A DNA stretch of 64,000 nt from Entomortierella parvispora E1425 (taxonomy: Eukaryota > Fungi > Mortierellomycota). The notes under the pieces were generated by a model. It was not told the DNA's origin, searched no databases, and saw nothing but the letters and a program-made list of their open reading frames with translations. Shown piece after piece: positions 33,117 to 44,185 of the stretch. The first letter of the stretch is position 1, and each line of letters starts with the position of its first letter. The translations under genes were made by a program, and so were the position numbers. The DNA lies in NCBI GenBank assembly GCA_020891255.1, contig BQFW01000006.1, positions 744,001 through 808,000 on the forward strand, written 5' to 3'.

Positions 33117-35813
33117 CTAAAACTTGATGCCCTTGAACTCGAAAGTCTCATAGTCCTTGGGGTAGGCGCCCTTGGTCAACTTGCGCTGGGAGGCAATCAC
33201 GACATCATAAGTACCTGAAGGCAGCTTGGTGGCGGTGGTTGAGTTGGCAGACGAGATCACGCTGCCAGTCCACACCCAGTTGTTGACCACCAGATCACCA
33301 TCGTCGTCCAAGTTCTTCATGCGACCAGACCAGCCAACAGCAGTGCTGCCTGGAACGGCCATAAAGCCAACAAACTTCTTGGCTGCATCAAAGACACGGA
33401 TCTCGGCCGAGGGAGTGTGCGATCCGAAGCGGGTTGAGAACACGGGAATGCTGGTCTTCATGTCAAAGGTACGACCCTTGGGCACATTGGTGAAATTACC
33501 AGCAGCGTTCACGGCCTGGAACATGGGGAACTTGGCGTCAACGTCCATGATAGGGACCTTGCTGACATCGCCTTTGAGACCAGTGTAAGGAACATGGACG
33601 GCAACGCCTCCCTTGGATGAAGGAGTAGCGACGACGAAACCAGAGTAGATGGGGAACTGGGAGGCCTTGCCAGCCTTGGGCTCCGAGAAATGAAGGGTGA
33701 TCTTGGCGGACTTGCCGGCGGGGATCTTGACAGTGTTTTGGGAAAAGACGACAGAAGCAGAGTCGGCCTCAATGAGAGGGACAGCCTCGGGCCAGCTGTT
33801 GCCCTTGGGGTACGAGTTAAGAGCATCAGCGGGAATGTGGGAGAGCTTGTAAGACTCGGTCTTCTTTCCATTGTTCTTGATAGTGATCTTGACGGTCTTC
33901 TGGAGGTGGTTAGTGTCCAAAAGGTCAATGTGATCTGGAGAAATGGAAGAGGTTGTCGTGACGGCACTCAAGACGTTAATGAGACCTGCACCTTGCTTAG
34001 CAGCCGAGGTGAAGGTCTTGGAGCCAGCATTCTTGGAGATAGTAGCCGTGTTCTTGAAGACCTTGCGAATTTCATCACCGCGAGGCTTGCTGTTCTTGGA
34101 TTGCATGTACAAGGCATGGGCACCAGCAATATAAGGAGTAGCCATGGAGGTTCCCGACATGAGAGTGTAACCTCCCTTGGCAAGAGGGTAGGTCGATAAG
34201 ATGTTGCCACCAGGGGCAGCAATATCGGGCTTGGAACGAAGCTCGCCATCCAGACCGAACGAAGAGAAGTCCGATGGAGCGCCACCGCCTTCGACAAGAA
34301 AGTTGGAGGGCTTCTTGCTGAAAGTGAGAGCGTTCTTGGGGTTCTTCTTGTAGGATGCCAAGAGGGCCTCACCAGCCTTGAACTCGATCGATCCCATTGG
34401 CAACTCGGCATTGCCCGCGAGCCCAGCCATGCCAAGGGGCGTGGTCTGGACAAGCATGCCAGCAGCGCCAGCAGCAAGACCAATGTCACCGCGACCCGCC
34501 GATCGGCAGCGGGTGATATCTCCAAGAACGAGAACAACCTTACCCTTGACGGGAAGGCCGGCGTAACGGCTGGGATCGCATCCATCGGAGAGGGATCCAT
34601 CCTTCTCAAAGATGGGAAGCAAAGCATCCTTCTCCAATGAAGTCAAGTCCTTGCCCCAGGCTTCAGAAGGAGCATAGGGGTGAGCGACACCGTCGTAGGT
34701 GACGGAGTTGTAAAAGCCGTAGATGTTGTCGAATGAGGCGACCGAAGTGGCGAGATCGCCGAGACCAGTGTCAGAGACCATCCAAACACCCTCAGAACCA
34801 TCGTTGCCGGCAGCGCCGGCCAAGACCATACCACGAGCAACAAGTTTGTCACCAAGGACGGCCTGGGGGTTGTACTTGTACGACGATCCACCACCGAGGG
34901 ACATGTTGATGATCTGTTGTTTGTTTGTGTAAAAAAAAAAGGTTCGTCAAGGCCGATCTGATCTTTGTACGACAGAATCAAAACGTCAATGTAAACAAAG
35001 CATTCAACTTACGTCCATGCCATCGTTGAAGGCCATCTCCATGGCAGCCATAATGACATCGTCACCGGCGTTGCCCTTGCATCCAAAGATGCGGTAGGCT
35101 CCCAAGGTCACTTCGGGGGCAACACCAACAAAAGCCTGGGGAGGCTTGGGGGAGGTCTTGATGTTCAAAGCATTGGCACCAATGATACCAGCTACATGGG
35201 ATCCATGTCCAAAGCAGTCCATGGGGTCAGCATCGGGCTTTGGTGCGTTATGACCAGTGTAGTCGTCGCCGACAAAGTCCCATCCATACTTGACACGACA
35301 GTTCTTTCCGAAGCGAGCAAAGCATCCCTTTTCGGCTCCAGGGGCAGCGAAAGCAGGGTGGTTGTAATCCACACCAGTGTCGATGACACCGACCTTGATA
35401 CCCTTGCCAGTCAACTTCAACTTCTTGTGAACAATGTCTACACCGGTCATGTGGTGGTCCGAGACAACTTCGGGGTCGGTGGATTTGTGTTTGCTGGTCT
35501 GGACCTTGGGCATCGAGTGCAAAGTAATGGGCCAGACATTCTTGATACCAGGGATAGATGCGATATCCTTGCCTTCGTGGCCGGACTGGACTTGAATGGC
35601 AGCGCCATTGAAGATTGAGAACTCGTTACGGACCTTGTAGTCAACCTTGTGTGAGTTGAGATGAGAATGAGCATTGGCATGCACAATTCCTTCATGGTAC
35701 TCAATAATATATCCACGGGGAACGACCTCGACAGTTTCAGGCAGAACATGGAATTTGCCGGCCGAAACCAATGTGGCTGCAGCGATAGTAGAAAGGATGG
35801 CTGTGATCTTCAT
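33117..35813 (-). CDS. Secreted subtilisin-like S8 serine protease (Vpr-like; I9 propeptide, PA domain, C-terminal Fn3-like domain)
   Basis: Signal peptide MKITAILSTIAAATLVSA; catalytic VIDTG, GHGSHVAG, SGTSMA; one intron 35012-34914 gives DIINMSLGGG. Confidence 0.95.
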
Positions 35814-38155
35814 GGCTGTGGAGAGTGGATTCAGCGTCTGTTAAAGACTTGGAAGGGAGAGTATGAGAAAGAAGAAAAAGAGATGGACGGGGTATGAATG
35901 GACAGTGGAGCGGATCGATAGGGGCGGTCGAGGGGAGGAAGAGGGAAGGAGTCGTAATAAAGGCTGAGGGAAACAAGAGAACGGCGAGGGCATCTTTATA
36001 GGAAGTGGAAATAAGGCGGTCGGTTGACTGTTGCAGGGGCACATGGATATTAGATTCGTAGCGTAGATTGCGCCAGCAATCCATCGAGGGTACCTCTCCG
36101 CATGTAGTGCATGCCATGCAAGGTACCAAAGTACCCAATGGGGTCTCTTCCGTGAGAATACCAAGAGACCATCATCGTGTATCCTCGGGTCGCCACTAAG
36201 CCGCCTTGCTGATCTGTCCTTGCATCGAACAAACAATCTCAATTAGGAAAGGAAATGCTCATAGGTCTCTCTGTCCAGCTGGAGCCCACTCTACTACCCT
36301 GGTTTATACACTAGCAACAGCAGTGCTTCCATGAACAAGAGATTGAACAGCAAACGACGAAGAGAAGCTGAACAAAGGGGTTTCTCCAACGGTTGACCCT
36401 GCAGATTGGTCCATATCTTGAGATAATGATCTATTGGGATCGTGCGTTGGCTCGGACACGCGATCATATTTATTTCCCCCTGCAGGACAAACCTGTCGCC
36501 TCGCGTCCGATCTGTTGCCAAGATCAGGACATCCTTCCCCTTTTTCATGCATCATCGAATCTTTCCCTCTCTCTCATCCCTTCCTCTCTCGCATTCAACG
36601 CGGAGCTCGGGCTTTCTATCCCCCTCCTATGCCTCAATCCCTGGATCGATCCTGCACTCACACGCGAAAGCTTAAAACAACAGCTTGAGTAACGCCTGAC
36701 TCTGTTCAATCTCAATCTAGCCAATCATTGCGTCTGACCTCCATGGGAATGTCCATTTTTATTACGCCCCAGTCTCCAATCCCTCGGCTTTTGTTTTCTT
36801 CGTCTGATCCCTTACATATTTTGCTGGGCTTTAATATCAGGAGCGTCATGTTTCATTCTTAGCGTCCGTGTGTGTGTGTGTTTTTGTGTGTTTTTATGCC
36901 TTATTGGGCAGCTAGGTTACCACTGCCCAGTAGGAATCTGCACAGTGGGATCCAGATTCTCTTCAAAGACTCTCGCTTTTTGCTTTCCTGAATGGCAGCA
37001 TCAACGCCTTCGTCCCTATGCATGGGCACGCGATAAGCTGTGTCTTCAGAACGGCTACTCGCCCGAGGTTCTAGTATGTGTCGGGCATTCTTGCTCCGAT
37101 CGCGGAGCAGGGGTTTGTCGAGCGCGCTCTCCTTGTCACATCATCTGCAACCAATCAAGCATGTACAGTACTCCATAGAATCCAAAGAGAGGAAGGCCTT
37201 GGAGAGAACTCTCTGCTTCCACACCATGTATAGCGCCTCTTGTGAGCGCAAGCGCCATGCATCCACTTTTTTTTTTATTTTTTTTTATTTTACATGCCTC
37301 ATAGGTACATAACGATATTCGCCCTGTATGACAAGTAGTCCTTTAACTTTTTCCACTCTTTCGGCGCTTTCCCTCGGTTAGTCCCCCCCGTTGCGCTCGT
37401 GAGAGCGATGCCATTCCTGGATCCGATCTGTCAATGGCCAGTAAATTTAGCGTTGGCTGTAAAAATCAAGTGTCCGCCGCGGCATGTACCTCGGTATTCA
37501 TATTGGCTCCCCTTTGGACTCATTTGCTGCTGGTTGCTGCACATATGACTCTTTTTCAATCGCGTGTTCATTTACCTTACGCCTCTCTCTGGATCTTGAC
37601 GATAAGCCAATCCAGCTACCAAGCTATTGTTGAACAAGTGAGCTCAGCTTTCACTCATCCTTGCATGGCATGGCTCTGGCTCTCCATATTGCGCCAAAAG
37701 CGGACCCGGACTAGACCTTTTTTTTTTCCTTTTCATGACCAATCCTCCTTCGAATTCAAAGGGTGGTCATCTCGTAGGAAAGGACGAGGAGAGCACCGCA
37801 AAGGCTCATAAGTCCAATGGACAGCCGAGATGGCCAAGCACTCCACTAGCCCTACTCATTCCTAGAATGATTTTCTGCTCAAGAGAGAAAAGTGATGGTC
37901 TGATTAGCTTCCAGAAAACAACATGTTTTTCCTGTTCGCCCAGCAGCAGGGTGTTGCTGTGTGTGATTGTGAGCAAACGAAGCAGACCCTGGAGATCAAC
38001 TGGATTTTGAAGGATCATGTACTGTACACGTGATGGTGATCACGTGGATGATCAAATTGCAACGCGTTCGACCCTGATGCGCGATCACAACAACACCTTC
38101 GCCCACCAACCACATCATTCATCCCTCACCTTCACTCGCACACTCATCATACATC

Positions 38156-38827
38156 ATGGAGTCGATTCTCGAACAAGCATCATCACATACCAAAGTCCTG
38201 GATCATACATCGCTGCATCTCTTGCCGTGCGGCATTCAACATGACGGCCCAGCCAACATTCCAGGCTTTTTCTTTCTTGTCGACGGTCAATACCCATCTT
38301 CCAGCTCCACTTCCACTTCAACCACAACGACAACTGCAACCACGACTACAGAGTCCACAGAGAATACCTCCATGACGATAGACGCCACTGTTCAAGCCAC
38401 TACCATTGCCACCACCGAGTCCTTGTCTTCTTCCTCAACTACCTCAGTATCGGACCACACTGCTCAATCCACACCCGAGACTTCCTTCCGAGGCAGGACA
38501 CTCAAGGCCACCGTCCTTCAAGTCCCTCAAGGATACATTGGCTCGCTCTATCAGCCCTACGATGCCGCACCTTCTTCCTCTACCACATCCAGCGGCAACA
38601 GCGCTATGGATCTAGACCAAGATCCAGATCAGGACGACGAAGAAAGAGAATATGAGGCCATGTTGAGAGGGATGCAAGAAGAACGCAAGACCTTGAGGAC
38701 CACCCATCAGTTCAACGAGTTTTCTATCTGGGGCCATGATGACGCCCCAACCCCAAAGAACGACAAGGTCCTGAAGGCAATGCAATGGATCGACATTGCC
38801 AATGTCTTGCACCAACCTGTTTGCTAG
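38156..38827 (+). CDS. RNH203: Ribonuclease H2 subunit C
   Basis: LHLLPCGIQHDGPA..FF, SFRGRTLK...VPQGYIG, FNEFSIWGHD, AMQWIDIANVLH. Confidence 0.88.
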   Translation: MESILEQASSHTKVLDHTSLHLLPCGIQHDGPANIPGFFFLVDGQYPSSSSTSTSTTTTTATTTTESTENTSMTIDATVQATTIATTESLSSSSTTSVSDHTAQSTPETSFRGRTLKATVLQVPQGYIGSLYQPYDAAPSSSTTSSGNSAMDLDQDPDQDDEEREYEAMLRGMQEERKTLRTTHQFNEFSIWGHDDAPTPKNDKVLKAMQWIDIANVLHQPVC

Positions 38828-39083
38828 GGTATGCCCTCCTTATAGAAGTCATTAGAAAATAACAGATCGTTTTTTTTTACATGAAGTGTTTGTATTGTTA
38901 TTTTTTTGGATCTGGATAATTCATGACTTTAAAGCGCCCCCAAACAAATAAAAGGGATTCAGGCGTCCATAGTCAGCAGTGTCCTGTCGCCCAAGACTCC
39001 GATTTGTTTTGAATTATCGATAAGAGAGAATCCTATCCTTGGTAAGAACTGCCCTGCAGTCCATACACATGTCTACAAACCAA

Positions 39084-41135
39084 TTAAAACTGTCGTCATG
39101 TCACCAACGAGAACGTTTGTAAGGTTAGCTACGCAGAAACCACAAACAGGAACTTTTTCCTCAAAATTCAAGCGTCAGGGTAAAAAACAAATCTAGCTTA
39201 CTCTGATCTGGTAGTTTCCTGCCTTGGTCATGTATCGCACCCACTTGACAGACTGGTAGTTATTCTTCTCAAACACCTTCAAGAACCGCACCAACAATCC
39301 TGACGAGGTAAACATCAACACTTGGAAGTCCATCGAGATCGGCGGACGAGACCATGCCTTCTTGTGTGTCATCGCTGTCAGATCTGCCTCGCCTGTCAAC
39401 ATGTATTCAGACTGGCCCTGGAAGCGAGCGATCCTATGAAAATGAGAAAGTGAAAGGGTGTTAAAAAATAAAAAATAAAAATGGGGCTTGAGCTCCCATA
39501 TTTTTGGTGGCAAAAATCAGGAAAATAACTTACTTCCACACAATAGAGTTCTCCGCGGGTACATATTTAGCCTTGCCTGCCGAGACAGAGCAGGTCACTC
39601 CTGCCGTGTTCAGGGGCGTCGGGATAGTGAGGACCACATTGTTGGCATTAAGCTTGGACGAAAAGTTGGCTTTGACCAAGATCTTGTACTCGATCTTTGA
39701 CTTTCCAATCTCGGTCACCACTGGGTGCACCCTGAAAGGAAGGTTAATGTTGTCGGATGTGCGGTATCTATGGAGTGGAGATTATATTCTTGTGTTAGAT
39801 TGAGGATTCCGAGCGGTAAGTCTGCTAATACCACAGCAGACAAGAACAGGCACCAAGGAGTCCTGAAAGTCACATCATTGTCATAATGTCCACGACTGAA
39901 TCGGTACCTCATGAGCTCGAATTCGCCATCGGGGGGTATAAAGCTGATGGTGCGGTCGCTGTCAAACTTGCCCAATTTGACACACTGGTGGAACTGACAA
40001 TCATCGATCTCGACCGTGTTGGAGGTTTTTCTATTTTATCGCCATCAACAGCATTAGCCTGATCCCATAAACAACTCACAAGTTTCACCGATATGGCTTT
40101 GTCCCTTACCTTCTGTTGTTAGGGTCCTTTTCCAGCAAGACCTTGTCGTTCAATCCAAATTTGCATTCAGGGGTTCCAGAAAGATATGCCCTCATCATGA
40201 TCTGGCCAGCCACATCCGCTCGCAAGACGTTACCCTGAGTACTCAACAGCAGGTTCACAGACTCGATCACGTCAATAAAGGCTTCGTTCTTCCTGTACTT
40301 GACATCGCTCCTTCTCCATGAGGTTGCTCCTGTTGCCTGAATGGTGATCTTGGCCGAGTCTTCCTTAATAGCCCTCTCTGATTTTACACTCTCGGTTGTA
40401 ATGTACATCTTGAGCGTGTCCGCCTCACTGTTCTGGGGGTATCCGAAATCCAGCACCTCTATATTACGATGGAAATATGTCAGAACCGGCCAACACCTCT
40501 TTCTTCAGCATCATCCTCTTGCTGCATGCAACAGTCAGTCCCTGGTTGGTTTGTTTTTCCTTACCATCGAGCAGCTCATAGATGAGCACAAAGTTGGCCT
40601 TGACGGACTCCTCGTCAAATTTACCAAAATACGATCGCCCCACATTGATGACTCTGTAACAAAATTCAAAGATCAAGGCTGCGTTCGCGTTCCATTTCGT
40701 CAAGGCAACAATGTACAGGTTTTCGTGTCTGACGTGGAAGAATGAGGTCGATCCCAAGGTGATGATGGGTGAACGGACGTCCGTGTTCGAGATAACTTGA
40801 ATTCGAAAGATATCAGCAATAGAGCGCCTATATAGCAATACATAAAAAGAGATAAATTGGTATGAGTGGTTGAGGCAACATTGTTTTGGAACTTGAGACA
40901 AGTAGTGAAGTAGCCACAAGGTCTTCATATTCTTTCAGCTGTCCATCATGGCCACATTAGGTCCATAAATGCATGCATGATGCACGCATTCTTGCAAACG
41001 TGCATTACACAGGTTGCAACAAAAACGATGACCCAGGTCGCAACCATGCAGAAACACCTACTTGAGGTCCTGGCGATAGAGTCGAGAGATGAGAACCTCG
41101 CCCTTCTGGTTGTAGATGAATAGTGCGCTAATCAT
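39084..41135 (-). CDS. APM4: AP-2 complex subunit mu (multi-exon)
   Basis: [25 protein letters not shown]; [10 protein letters not shown]; [19 protein letters not shown]; [13 protein letters not shown]; VKWVRY. Predicted 6-nt terminal exon TTT TAA at 39089-39084 gives ...YQIRF. Confidence 0.95.
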
Positions 41136-41756
41136 TGTTCCTGGCTATTGCGCCTGAACTCGGGCAGGCAAACTGAGAAGAGATTGGATAGATGAATGAA
41201 GGTGAAGAATGCACCCCTCTGGTTGGTCAGTCCAACGAGATTGAGCGGAGAGAAAAAAAGGATGATGCGAAGGTGTGTCCGACTTGTCCTGATGCGAAGG
41301 ATCTGAGGGCAAGCTTTGCTTTAGTTCTGAAAGGGCAGCGGGTGGGACGAGGCTGTTGCAGGTTGACTGATGAATGCGAGAAAGGACACAGGAACGGCAG
41401 GAAAGAAGGAGATGAGCGTCCGTTCGACGCTGTTCGAGAGTTTTGGACAGAAATTGCTCTGAAATGATCAGACAAATTTAGACCTGAGTGGCTTGCTCGC
41501 CTTGCATTCAGCCAAACCCTTGGTTTTCATTCACAAGAACACACAAGGAAACATGAATGCGGCGTGGACACGCCAGTTTGTATTTCTTCATATTCTCTAT
41601 CTAATAAAAAAGTTCTGGTGTTGTTGTTTGAGGGTGGGGTGGTTGGTTTACCAGAGTGGGCACCTTTCGGTCCTACCCTAGCGTGGCTTTTTTGCTCCTC
41701 TTCAAGAGGCGCGTATATGTTTCTCGTTTCTTCTCCTTCTTGTGATTAGTGGATAT

Positions 41757-43583
41757 CTAGACCTGGATCTGAGCATCCTGTCTGAACTTGGCCATGCGGG
41801 CCTCAAGCTCGGGACGGAAGTGGCGGATCAAACCCTGAACAGGCCAGGCGGCGGCATCTCCCAAAGCGCAAATGGTGTGACCCTCGATCTCACGAGACAA
41901 CTCCTCGATCATGTCAATCTCGCGAGGACGGGCCTGGCCGTTCTCGAAACGAGCCATCATGTTGGCGAGCCAAGAAGTTCCCTCACGGCAAGGTGTGCAC
42001 TGTCCACAGGACTCGTGCTTGTAGAAGGCAGAAAGACGGGAAATGGCAGAGACGATATCAGTGGACTTATCCATGACAATGACAGCGGCTGTTCCCAAAC
42101 CGGACTGGACATCACGAAGAGCATCGAAATCCATGAGAACATCGTCGCAAATGTTACGGGGCAAGACTGGGACCGAGGAACCTCCGGGAATGATTCCCAA
42201 GAGGTTATCCCAGCCTCCCTTGACACCACCGCAGTGCTTCTCGATGAGCTCCTTCAATGGGATAGACATCTCTTCCTCGACTGTGCAGGGGTTGTTGACG
42301 TGTCCAGAGATGCAGAACAACTTGGTACCGGCGTTACGGGGGCGACCGAATCCGGCGAACCACTTGCCTCCGCGTCTCAAGATAGTGGGGGCAACGGCGA
42401 CAGTTTCGACGTTAGCTACGGTGGTGGGGCATCCGAAGAGACCGACATCGGCGGGGAATGGGGGCTTCAGGCGAGGCTTTCCAGCCTTGCCCTCGATCGA
42501 CTCGATCAAGGCGGTTTCCTCACCGCAGATATAAGCACCAGCACCACGGTGAATGTACACATCGAAATCGTATCCGGAACCGCAAGCGTTCTTTCCGATC
42601 AAACCGGCCTTGTAGGCTTCATCAATAGCGACCTGGAGGTTGGAAGCCTCGTTGTAGAACTCTCCACGGATATAAATGTAGGCTAAGGGTAAAAAAACAG
42701 AGTGAACTCGTGTAAGGATTACCGCTATAGATTGCGCAACCGACTCTACTACAAACAAATAAACAGGAAAACGTACCGGCATTGGCGTTCATGGCACGAC
42801 CAGCGACCAAGCATCCCTCGACCAACTTGTGGGGATCACCACGCATAATCTCACGATCCTTGCAAGTACCGGGTTCGCCCTCATCGGCGTTAACGACCAA
42901 GTAACGGGGACTATTGAATAAAAAAGTCGTAGTGGTGAGTACTCAAGTATAAGAGTTTAGGCAGACATCCTTAATGCTAGGCACTTGACAGCGCGTCAGG
43001 CTTTCCGAGTTTTTGTTGTTTTTAATCCAAGTTACATCCAAATGCTCGCTCCTTGATGTCCACCGGCAGTATTCAACTCGAATTATGTAGATCCATAGTG
43101 TCCAAGAATGTAATTCCGAGAACGTGCAAAAATCCTGTTTCCCGTAGCTTTGATCTAAAACGAATATGAGCAGTTCCAAGCAGCCATCGCTTACCGGCCA
43201 TCCGAGGGCTTGTTCATGAAACTCCACTTCAATCCGGAGGGGAAACCAGCACCACCGCGTCCACGGAGACCGGACTCCTTCATCTCGTTCAAGATCCAGT
43301 CATGACCCTTGAGAATAATCTCCTTGGTCTTGTGCCAGTCACCACGCTTGAGAGCTCCCTTGAGCTTGTAGTCGTGGAATCCATAAATGTTGGTAAAGAT
43401 GCGGTCCTCGTCCTTCAAGTTTCCGAAGGAGGTGCGGACTGGTGGAACCGCAGCCTCGGAGGCGAATGAGCGGACAGCAGTCTTGACGATGATGTTGCGA
43501 GTCTGACGCGTGCTGGCCAGGAAGGCTGTAGTCGACAAACAAGTCAATGGAGAGCGTGTCAAAGGAACCAAAAGACGGGACAT
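41757..43583 (-). CDS. NDUFV1: NADH:ubiquinone oxidoreductase 51-kDa flavoprotein subunit (multi-exon)
   Basis: Mitochondrial presequence; [20 protein letters not shown]; [15 protein letters not shown]; [16 protein letters not shown]; [12 protein letters not shown]; [13 protein letters not shown]. Confidence 0.97.
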
Positions 43584-44039
43584 ATAGAGAGATAGAACGA
43601 GAAATAGACGTGATTAGCAACAAGATTCTGCACAGGGTAAAAGTGCTGCATGTCCATGATCCGGAGAGATTTGACTAGATTTGCCGAGAGTCAAATTGCT
43701 CAGCGTTGTGAGAATGATCATGATCGTCGCGGTCAAGTAGTTAAATGTTTTAGAGAGTTGTTGGGGTAGAGGCATGATTTGAGTGATCTGAGATGCGGCG
43801 TGGGTCTGGTCTGATCCCGATCCATGTTATATTTTCATCCGAGGATGAAAGTGCCACAAGGTGAAAGTCAAAGATGGGTAGACGGTGATGCAGTTGTAGA
43901 TGGCAAACTGGCCACGGCGATGTTTACCCTTTGACGACAACATGTCTAGCGGAGAGGGGGGAGGGAGACAAAGGGAGAGTGGAGAGAAGTGATGAGATGG
44001 GCGGATTCACTGTCTCTGGGTGATGTTGGTTCGGAATTC

Positions 44040-44135
44040 CGAGAGGCGAACCCCCGAAAGGAAGTGGCACAATTGAATCTATTTGACACGTCACCGAAGA
44101 TGACGCATCGCACAGACCCCGCCACTTCCCAAACT
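44040..44135 (-). ncRNA. Putative Fanzor omegaRNA (scaffold ~44135-44060 plus flank-derived guide from 44059 downward)
   Basis: Lies downstream of the Fanzor stop (44186) and ends at the TIR. GGAAGUGGC (44129-44121) pairs with terminal GCCACUUCC (44068-44060) and encloses the hairpin CGUCAUCUUCGGUGACG (44105-44089). Boundaries are inferred. Confidence 0.72.
44051..44059. repeat. 9-bp target-site duplication CCCCCGAAA, left copy
   Basis: Identical 9-mer at 51806-51814 directly abuts the other TIR. Confidence 0.92.
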
Positions 44136-44185
44136 CAGCCCGATGTATTTGCTGATACACAAAATGGACTGACTAAAATAAGTAT

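Noticed and set aside
35814-38155. Short ORFs between the subtilisin and RNase H2C genes
   Set aside because: No recognisable domains or consistent exon chain; treated as divergent promoter/UTR DNA
41742-42686. 314-aa plus-strand ORF
   Set aside because: Antisense shadow of the NDUFV1 coding exon
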